Below, one piece after another: positions 11,613 to 20,685 of a DNA stretch of 20,685 bases. Origin of the DNA: Ginkgo biloba (taxonomy: Eukaryota; Plantae; Ginkgophyta). The notes below the pieces were generated by a model. The model searched no databases. It worked only from the letters and a program-made list of their open reading frames with translations, and was not told the DNA's origin. The stretch lies in contig JANKJI020000002.1 in assembly GCA_024626585.2 (NCBI GenBank), positions 58,828,605 through 58,849,289 of the forward strand, given 5' to 3'. Made by a program: the position numbers and the translations under genes. Every line of letters begins with the position of its first letter. The first letter of the stretch is position 1.

Positions 11613-12276
11613 TTATAGACATCTTTTAGGTTGTGGAGCAAAATGCCCACCATAAGATTTAAACTTTTCCCAAGCAATAAAAAGTGATGAGACGATGTAT
11701 TAGGTATTGCGACATTAGAAACATCCATTTTAGATATTTAAGAACTACTTGAATAATACCTCATGAATAAATTACATGTCAGAGTTAATGCCTACTTTGA
11801 AGATACAAGATCAATATTTTATTTTATGAATTTGTTTCCCTTCTTATAATTTGTTGTCTCACTCCAAAATTTATGGTTCTACCCTATGTCTTATTATTCT
11901 TATCTCACCCATATAAAGTAAAAACAATCTCCATTGGCTACTCAATCAAACAAGAAACTATTTTTTCTAATACTCCTCAATTATATCTTAGAGTTAAGTA
12001 TGAATCTCTTTAGTTGTTTTAAATATTGGCATGCATACATGATGCATTCAAGAAAACACTCAACCCCACAAGATTTTAAATGTGGACGAGTTCAAGCACC
12101 TCATGCGCAATCACAACCAAATAAAATAGTTAGTGTGAAATATAGAAGCATCTATAGAAATAATAGGGAACAGACACACACATGTGCAAATAAGCATTAG
12201 TGTATACTTGTGGAAGTTATTATTTTCTTAACATTGTAATCTTAATAATAATTTGGTCTAATAATATTTAGTATTA

Positions 12277-12345
12277 AGTCAATCATAATTAAGAAATGAG
12301 TCAACCATAATTAAGTAATGAGTTAACCACTATTAAGTATGGGTT
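12277..12345. repeat. ~22-bp degenerate minisatellite, about 3 copies
   Basis: AGTCAATCATAATTAAGAAATG / AGTCAACCATAATTAAGTAATG / AGTTAACCACTATTAAGTATG. Confidence 0.8.
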
Positions 12346-12496
12346 CAAATGATCAAACACTTATTTTGGGGTTAAATCGATGCATATTTTGTTAGTATAA
12401 ATATTTTTAGGTTGGATTAGTGTACACCTTTTCAAATTGTATAATGTTTGAACTAATAAGAAAGGGGTGGATTTTTATATAAGGGTTGGGGGTGGA

Positions 12497-15400
12497 TAGG
12501 GGGGTGTTTGAAAATGGTAGGGAAAAACATTAAAGAATGATTGTTCATTGTCTTTTTTATTAATTTAAAAGATAATGTATGATTAATAAATATTTAACCT
12601 TTAATAAGAACATGTCAGTAGTAAAATAAAATAAAATAATATTGTAAAAACATTAATACAATGAAAAGTATATTCAAGAATATAGTAGTAATGTTAACAT
12701 ATTGTTCAAATATCGATGTGTCCTTAGAGATGGATTAATAAAGTAGAACCCCTTTGAATTGCAAAAGTATTAGGAAACTCCAAGAACACTCAAAGTATCA
12801 CTTCTCACGACAATATCAATGAACATAAGGCTTCTACAAATTTGCATGATTATTATTATCTTTGTCTGAGTTTGAAAATATACTCTAGTTCTTAGAAAAT
12901 TGAGCACGGGAAAAAGGAGTGGCATTTACAACAGACACCATGTGTTTCCCTAAAGGATTTATAACTTTTCTTAACACACAAGAGCTTTTTATGATATGTG
13001 CCATGAGTTTCCCTTGTGACATGGCAATTTTTTTGTGGGCCTAAAAAAAGGTATTAAATATTTTTCTTCATTCGTGTTGATTTCTACATATGAATTGGCA
13101 CTAAGACTCTGACAAAGACCTTTTAATGTTGCATAAACATCAATTTAACTTTCACTCTCTTCAAAGACAACTCGTGAATTACAAGAGAGAATCTATGAAA
13201 GCATAAGTGAATAAGAATAAGAATATTTTTCTTAAGCCTCTTTAAGAATGGAAGAATCCTTCCAACTAAAAAACAACAATAATATGAAAATACAATGTGC
13301 ATTCCATTGCATTACAAAGTCCAACGCTCCCTTAAATAGATGAACCCAAGGCGGTTTAAAATGCTTTGGGAAAACACCACTGAATGACAGTTCACCATCT
13401 TTTTTATTAGTTCAAAAGATTGTGTATGATTAATAAAACATTCACCTCTAATAAGAACACGTCAATAGTAAAATAAAATAAATAATAATGTGATAGTATC
13501 AATACAATGAGAAGTATATTCAAGAATACAACATTGATGTTAAGATATTGTTCAAATATTGATGCATCCTTAGAGATGGATTAATAAGTAGAACCCCTTT
13601 GAATTGCAAAAGTGTTAGGAAACTCCAAGAACACTAATAGTATTGCTTCTCATGGTTATACCAATAAATAAGAGGCTTATATAGATTTAGATAACTACTT
13701 CTATCTTTGTTCAAGTTTAAAAATCTACTCTANNNNNNNNNNGATAGATTGAACAAAGAAAAAAGGTTACATAGCATTTGTGATAGACACTATGTGCTTT
13801 CCTAAAGGCATTGCAACTTTTCTTGACACACTAGGGATTTTTATGATCTCTGCCATGAGTTTCCCCTATGACATTGTAGATTTTCCTACGCCTAAAGAAA
13901 GTGTTGAATATTCTTCTTCACACATGGATTTCTATATACGAATTGGTTATAGGATTCTAACAAAGACCTTTGAATCCTACACNNNNNNNNNNNNNNNNNN
14001 NNNNNNNNNNNNNNNNNNNNNNNNNNNNNNNNNNNNNNNNNNNNNNNNNNNNNNNNNNNNNNNNNNNNNNNNNNNNNNNNNNNNNNNNNNNNNNNNNNNN
14101 NNNNNNNNNNNNNNNNNNNNNNNNNNNNNNNNNNNNNNNNNNNNNNNNNNNNNNNNNNNNNNNNNNNNNNNNNNNNNNNNNNNNNNNNNNNNNNNNNNNN
14201 NNNNNNNNNNNNNNNNNNNNNNNNNNNNNNNNNNNNNNNNNNNNNNNNNNNNNNNNNNNNNNNNNNNNNNNNNCCATCTTTTTTATTAGTTCAAAAGATA
14301 CTGTATGATTAATAAAACTTTCACCTCCAATAAGAGCACGTCAATAATAACATAAAATAAAATAATATTAGTACAATGAGAAGTATATTGAAGAACATAA
14401 TAGTCATGTTAAGGTGTTGTTTAAATACCAATGTGTTCTTAGAGATGGATTCAAAAAGTAGAAGCCCTTTGAATCGTGTGTCTTAAGAAACTCCAAGAAC
14501 ACTCAAAATATTACTTCTCACAGTTGTATCAATGAAAATGAGGCTTCTATAGATTTGGACGATTGTTATTACCTTCCCCTAAGTTTGAAAATTTACTCCA
14601 ATTCTCAATAAATTGAATATGAAAAAAAGGCATGGTATTTACAAAAAATATCATGTGTTTCCCTAAAGGCACTATGAATTTTCTTGACACACCAAGACTT
14701 TTTATGATTTATGCCATGAGTTTTGTGAGTTTCTCTTGCAACATTACAGGTTTTCTTGGGCCTTAAAAAAGTGTTGAATATTATTTTTACACATGTGGAT
14801 TTCTACATATACTAACAAAGACCTTTGAATCCTATAAAAGTACAAGTCTAACTTCCACTCTCTTTAAACACTAAATCTCAAAGAAAATCCATGAATTATA
14901 AGAGAGAATCTNNNNNNNNNNNNNNNNNNNNNNNNNNNNNNNNNNNNNNNNNNNNNNNNNNNNNNNNNNNNNATTTTATTAGGCCTCTTTGAGAATGGAG
15001 GAATACTTCCAACTCAAGAATAATACTAATACGAAAACATAACGTGTATGCTAATGCATTACAAAGGCCAAGGCTCTCTTAAATAGATGAACCTAGGGTG
15101 GTTTGAAAATGGTTTGGAAAAACACTAAAGAATGATAGCTCACCATCTTTTCCATTAGTTCAAAAGATAACATATGATTAATAAAATTTTCACCTTCAAT
15201 AAGAGCATGTCAATAGTAAAATAAAAAAAAAACATTGCAATAATATTAATGTAATGAGAAGTATATTTAAGAATATAGTAGTGATGTTAAGATATTGTTC
15301 AAATACTAATGCACATTAGAGATCAAATCATAAAGTACAACCCCTTTAAATTGCAAAAATGTTAAGAAACGCCTAAAACACTCAAAGTATTATTTCTCAT

Positions 15401-15978
15401 GACTATATTGGTGAACTATAGGCTTTTGCAAATCTAGGCAATTGTTGGCACCTTCATCATGAGCTAAACATATGCTTTGGTTCTTTGAAAATTAAATACG
15501 AGAAAAAGATGTAGCATTTATATAATATGTTATGTGTTTCCTTGAATATTCCACTAAGTTTATGCTACACCATTTCATGATCCCTTCCACAGGATTCCCT
15601 TGTAATACCATAAGTTTTTATAGCCCTAAAAAGTGTTGAAATTTATCTTCACACATGTAGGATTTTACACATGAATCAATTTTGGGATTCCAAAAAACAC
15701 CTTTGAACCTTACATAAATAAAAGTTCAAATTTCACTCTCTTCAAAGACATAATCTCAAATATAACTCATGAATTACAAGAGAATATTTGAAAGAGAATA
15801 TACAACAACATAAGAAAATAAGAATAAGAAGAATTTAGATGAAGTAAGAATAATTTTATCTAATCCTCTTTGAGAATGGAGGAATCCATTAAATTTTAAT
15901 AATAATAGTAATATGATAATATAATATGTATACAATGTACATTACAAATCCTAAGGCTCTCTTAGATAGATTAACGTA
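12497..15978. repeat. Tandem array of four diverged ~850-880-bp units with LTR-like features
   Basis: Anchor GTAGAACCCCTTTGAATTGCAAAA or variants at 12743, 13588, 14458 and 15335 (periods 845/870/877). Anchor CCATCTTTTTTATTAGTTCAAAAGAT or variants at 12548, 13395, 14274 and 15143. Units start at about 12497, 13347, 14225 (inside a gap) and 15094. No conserved ORF. Confidence 0.95.
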
Positions 15979-16135
15979 GTTCTAAAAATAAGCAATCCAA
16001 TATAAATAGATGGAATAAAACCATTTATTTTCTAACCAAGGATATGTACATGGTATTGTCCATTTCACTAAAGAGTTATACATGCAAGGAGTCCTTATTT
16101 AGTTATGAATAGTGCATACGTGTGCTTGTTTCACT

Positions 16136-16231
16136 ATAATCTATAGTTATAATAATGTATCTTTTTTGTATCCTTATCATTGGTGGTTTAATTGGTCTTA
16201 CAAAATCAATTCCCCATTTCTCAAAAGGAAA
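16136..16231 (-). mobile_element. Ty3/gypsy integrase core fragment (first catalytic Asp region)
   Basis: 32 uninterrupted codons FPFEKWGIDFVRPIKPPMIRIQKRYIIITIDY match the rve motif PFEKWxIDFVGPIxPP...RYIIxATDY. Bounded by an N gap on one side and abrupt loss of similarity on the other. Not in the ORF track. Confidence 0.88.
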
Positions 16232-16333
16232 TTNNNNNNNNNNNNNNNNNNNNNNNNNNNNNNNNNNNNNNNNNNNNNNNNNNNNNNNNNNNNNNNNNNN
16301 NNNNNNNNNNNNNNNNNNNNNNNNNNNNNNNNN

Positions 16334-17236
16334 TCTACTCCGTGCATGTCCTTATGCACCATAGGATAAAAGTAATCGCATATGGGCATGATGTATTAGC
16401 AGTACCTGTATATATAGAGGGCAGAGAACAACACATGGATGGGCGTCCTTGATGGATTTGGCCACTCAGGAAATAAGGGGTGCTAAAAATCCAGATATGC
16501 ACAACATGCATCTACAATGTAGAAGGCTACAAAGAAACTTTTACTTGACTTAGTAATCTCCTAATTTTTATGAATGTTGTATGCAAGGACCTTTGAAAGG
16601 TATGGCTTCTTATCATTTAAGATAATCTCCCCCAACAATGACACCCATAATTAATTTATATGATCAGTGTCAACCTGTTTAGTAGGAGCATGCCGATCCT
16701 AACTCCTTTTCTGAAATATAATATAGGATAGTTTAAGTGAGCCCTTTGTTTGAATGTATCTGGATTCTCTACCCAATCCTTCAGAACTCCCTTTACGAGG
16801 TCCTTTCCTTTCAAGAAGGCTCTCGCTGCCTCTGCATCATACACTAGGTCTAGCTGTGGCACTTGTATAGATCTTACAAAATTGACCATGTTATAATAGC
16901 CACTATCCCTATGGGAGAGGCCAATAGTCCCCTTTTTAGCACACAGTCTCTTACGACCATGAAAAATATGTCCTTGCACAGAAAAACCTCAGGTTTGATG
17001 ACTATCTTGTGAAGGCCTGAAGCCTTGATGGACATCAAATTGCTCTTGTAGTAATCCTCATCTTTGAAGATTTCTTTCTGACTTATGTAAATGTTGTCTA
17101 CTCTTTCGATCTCATAGTATATATCATTGTAGGTGCATAATCTCTCGTCCATTTGTAATTCCTTCCCCAAAAGGGTGTCGGTGAACTATTGATGAACCTC
17201 CATAGGGGCTCTTGATGTGGAAGCTTTGGGAGCCAT
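16334..17236 (-). pseudogene. Decayed ~300-codon ORF resembling uncharacterised accessory ORFs of plant (gymnosperm-type) Ty3/gypsy elements
   Basis: Reconstructed from the ATG at 17236: MAPKASTSRAPMEVHQ*FTDTLLGKEL...IKASGLHKIVIKPEVFLCKDIF...IL*DLYK / PQLDLVYDAEAARAFL...KDWVENPDTFKQR..YPILYFRKGVRIGMLLLNRL / LWVSLLGEII...FFVAFYIVDACCAYLDF*HPLFPEWP...PIHVLFSALY.YRY..YIMPICDYFYPMVHKDMHGV. Two frameshifts (~16861, ~16670) and several TAA/TAG stops; joins three pieces of the ORF track. Family assignment is from memory of similar motifs. Confidence 0.7.
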
Positions 17237-18032
17237 TAGAACTTAGTCACTAGTTCTAGAAAATCTTCAATCACTAGGGGTGGCGACACTCAGTGGAGAA
17301 TGATAAAAGGGCTCGTAGATAATTCTTGTAGGATACTCTGGTATGCTAAGGACTCAAGTGTCAATGGTCCTTATCCCTAAAGGCTCCATGATTTATGATT
17401 TTGTTATGGCGNNNNNNNNNNNNNNTACAACAAATCTCCTTCTCGCGTGCAGAATTGAAGGCTTTATTATTGCCTTTCTACGGGTGGAGCGACTTTACTC
17501 CAATTTGAATGTTCGCCCTACACGTGTCATGATTTCATGGGGCTTGCAATTGGCGACTCGATAGACTTAATTTTGTTTTCCTTCTTGGTCGTTAGTGCTC
17601 AATAACCTTGCTAAGCATCGTGAGCGTGCCACCCATCGCNNNNNNNNNNNNNNNNNNNNNNNNNNNNNNNNNGTGGACTGTTCCTACTTTCTTCCATTTT
17701 TATGTAGTCCATGGAACCCTGAGCCTTCGAGCTTGAGACACTTGCCACAATTGCGAAGTGCTTGGTACATTTTTTATTTTCCCCTTTTATAACTTCGTTG
17801 GGACCCTTGGACGGGTCGAGGAGTATGACACATGCTGCCTTCCTATGAGTGAGAATCCTACGAATCTTTTCTCTTGACGTGATCCTTCTTTTAGAGCGCC
17901 TAGTGGCACCATNNNNNNNNNNNNNNNNNNNNNNNNNNNNNNNNNNNNNNNNNNNNNNNNNNNNNNNNNNNNNNNNNNNNNNNNNNNNNNNNNNNNNNNN
18001 NNNNNNNNNNNNACATAGTAATTTCGATGCTA

Positions 18033-18442
18033 TTATGTACCTTTATATGATTTGTAGGCTCTATTAAGGACTAATTATGTACCTTTATATGTATTTCCTT
18101 CTTAACTGGTTGAAACCATAGTAGAGACACTGAGACACAAAGGATCAACAAGGGAAAACATAGAAAAGGATACACAAAGAAAGAATTATTGTAAGTCACA
18201 AACACCATAAGTTTTATATTTATGTACCTTTGTATGTATTTCTCTTAGCCAATAGAGGATAAACAGAGAAAGGATTACTACAAGTCATAGACACTGTGAT
18301 ATCTATAATTTTTTGCCTTTATATGTATTTCCTCTTGGTAAAAAAGGATAAACAAAGAATAAGGATTACTATATGTCATGGACATAATAATCTAAGGGCT
18401 ATACTGGGGAGTACTTATGTGCCTGTGTATGTAATCTCTCTT
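18033..18442. repeat. Degenerate minisatellite, core period ~90 bp
   Basis: Motif TTATGTACCTTTATATGTATTTCCTCTT or variants at 18033 (partial), 18075, 18220, 18309 and 18415; second motif AGGATAAACAAAGAAAGGATTACTA..AGTCA..GACAC or variants at ~18167, 18256 and 18345. Confidence 0.85.
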
Positions 18443-18730
18443 GATTGATTGAACAAGAAGATGAGCACATTCAAGATGGAGTTTTTCTTCACATTTAGGT
18501 TTTTATAGGGTAAACAAAGGTGTCTTATATGTTTTCCTTTATTTTCTCAATATTTTTCTTGTATCTTTCAATCTATATCTACTCTATAGATTAAAGAACA
18601 ACATTAAAATATATGACATCAAGCATAAACATGTATGAAGATTTGTGTGCTGAATCATAACTAGCATAAATTATATGATTACAGATCACCATAGACCACC
18701 ATGTATATGAGAGACCCATAAATCTCATTT

Positions 18731-19015
18731 GAAACCATGATAGCGTTAGGGCGTCTAGACACATTTAAAACACATAACATCATTAAGAAAAATAAATTAC
18801 TAGTATGGTTTACCATGGAAACACCCTAAACATACTTGATAAGAAGAAAATCAAACAACTAGGGATTTATGTGGACATAAGAGAGATATTTTCTATAAGT
18901 GTGCTAAGGACGATAAAGACCATGTGCACAATATTAGTATATAATGTGGAGTTGAAACTAGGAGAGTACACAATAAAGGATTCCTTCTTCATAACAGAGG
19001 TAGGAGGTGTAGACC
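18731..19015 (+). mobile_element. Decayed Ty3/gypsy aspartic protease domain
   Basis: DTFKTHNIIK / *ITSMVYHGNTLNILDKKKIKQLGI...FSISV...MCTILVYNVELKLGEYTIKDSFFITEVGGVD aligns gap-free to the retropepsin pattern VxxLIDSGATHNFID...F.V.V....C...V.NxxLxLGxYTxxDDFYVxxLxxxD. The catalytic Asp position reads Tyr (TAC, one change from GAC). Confidence 0.7.
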
Positions 19016-19254
19016 AGAGAAAATACTTCTCCATCTAGTTCAACCAAAATGGTTGGTCTAATTAACTTGGAGGCACAGGGATAATCCTCGACGTACCTTG
19101 AACACGTGGAAGCGTGTGTGAAAGGGTGCTTTGTGTGCAATGAATGTGTGAGCTNNNNNNNNNNNNNNNNNNNNNNNNNNNNNNNNNNNNNNNNNNNNNN
19201 NNNNNNNNNNNNNNNNNNNNNNNNNNNNNNNNNNNNNNNNNNNNNNNNNNNNNN

Positions 19255-19620
19255 ATATGAAGGGATTCCTTTTAGGTGTATTAGATGTAGGAAATATGGA
19301 CATCTAGTGAAAAATTATCCATTGCTGTTGAATGAGGTAACATAACCAACCCCTAGAATTAAAGATCCCTAAATCTAGTAATCAATGAACCATCCATCAA
19401 ATAAAGGAAAAGAGCAATGTATTCCTATGGAGATCTCAAAAAATATAGAGAGCCAATCAAACCAAGATAAGATTTATGATACCTTACTAAGGCTCCGAAA
19501 AGGGATTAGGTGGAAGTTTATAAGAAATGGAGGTCTAAAGAAGCTAATTTACTTGTTATTAACACTATTAAGTCACCCTTGATGAATTATTTTAATTGTT
19601 TAGTCAAATTAGATGTTCCA
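19255..19620 (+). mobile_element. Decayed L1-clade LINE ORF1 fragment (zinc knuckle and downstream low-complexity region)
   Basis: YEGIPFRCIRCRKYGHLVKNYP (19256-19321) matches the plant LINE ORF1 motif DYEGIPFRCxxCxxYGHxxxxCP (zf-CCHC_4 type); the last Cys reads Tyr (TAT versus TGT). The right boundary is approximate. Confidence 0.8.
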
Positions 19621-20685
19621 TATAAGTTTAATGTAGATGCATGCATCTAAGACTTGGTTATGGATTTAGTAGAGTAAGGGAAAAAAAATAAAAATAAAAA
19701 TAGGATGCAAACATAAGCTAGGAGTTACATTGAGATAGATGCCCCTTTGTTGGAGTTGTAGAGTATTCTTGAGTAGGAGTGTGAAGAGGGTAACTTATAA
19801 ATATCTAGATCTAATCTATTCTCATCATAAATATAATCTATAACTAGGGTGTCTCCCAATTTTATGGTGGTGAGGTCCCATCTTTCTGATAAAATTAAAA
19901 ATGAAGAGAACTCGCAGGTTCTTCCATTTTTATCGTTAATTGAGGAATTTAAAATTTTGAAGTGCAAGTTGCTCCTGAGGCTTGTTGTATGACCATGGTC
20001 CCTTAAGGAAAAGAGTCTCCAATCTAGGTATATAGGTCATTCTTGAAGAACTCATATAGGGAGAAGATTCTCAGTGTAGTAATAGGTGAGGAACTATTGA
20101 AAGAGTTTGAGTTAAAGGATTTGATGCTGCATGGTGAGGATTCTCCTTCTCCTTATGCTCCTGCATTCAATGGTAGGTCTCCTAAGTATTTGACTAAATA
20201 TATTCTCAAGGACACCACTGTAGAATCAATTGAGAACACATCCCTTCCATCGTAGGGTATCATAGATAATGAAATGTCATTGGAAATGGTTTCTAGATCT
20301 TTAAATAATAACTAGAGATGTACAACATGCACCTGGTATGAAAAGTTTGATGTAAGTCCCTAATTTATTATATGGGTATATTTTCCTAATATGGATCAAG
20401 ATGCTAAACATATCACTGGTCAATTACTAACCGAGTTGCCAATTCTTCCAAAAAATTTGATTCACACATAAAAGGTTGAAAAGGAGATTTAACCTAACTC
20501 TTTGATGGCAGATTTGGAGGAATCATAGCTCAAGTTTGTAGATCCTTGAGTTCTTCCTAGCCTTGAAGGGGGAAGGGAGGTTCTATTTGTTGTCCAAGAA
20601 CAAACATCTTACTACCAAGATCTCATGAAAATATTTATAAAGTTTGAATCCCAAGAGAAATCAACAACCGATAAATAGAGGCAAG

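Noticed and set aside
13780-13982. Open frame within array unit 2 (MIDTMCFPKG...)
   Set aside because: Not preserved in the other three units, which have stops and frameshifting indels.
17281-17560. PBS-like words TGGCGACAC (17281) and TGGCGACTC (17551)
   Set aside because: Only 7-9 nt resemble a tRNA-Arg PBS, and no gag or clear LTR end is associated.
18033-18442. CRISPR-like appearance of a recurring ~28-bp motif
   Set aside because: Repeats are degenerate, spacing is irregular, the intervening sequences resemble each other, no cas genes are present and the context is eukaryotic.

Overview
AT-rich eukaryotic DNA, not prokaryotic. It reads as a gap-ridden draft scaffold from a large-genome land plant; the transposon relics look gymnosperm-like (inference). 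There are 17 N-runs, six of them exactly 100 N and so probably unknown-size placeholders. The only host gene I can support is the first coding exon of augmin subunit 6 (AUG6/HAUS6, minus strand, 4263-4505), with a clean GT donor, a TATA/telo-like core and a CpG-rich promoter. No further AUG6 exon is visible in the called bases 1-4262. The ~16 kb upstream is mostly decayed retroelement DNA that the ORF track largely misses: two Ty3/gypsy integrase relics (7399-7892, which carries an in-frame 165-bp duplication, and 16136-16231), a ~300-codon decayed ORF resembling accessory ORFs of gypsy elements (16334-17236), a gypsy aspartic-protease relic (18731-19015), a LINE ORF1 zinc-knuckle relic (from 19255), a four-copy ~850-880-bp tandem array with LTR-like features (12497-15978) and a ~90-bp degenerate minisatellite (18033-18442). 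I see no CRISPR array, rRNA or tRNA, and no convincing novel biological system. The best leads are the LTR-like tandem array and the uncharacterised accessory ORF. All family calls come from manual translation and motif recall, not database searches.
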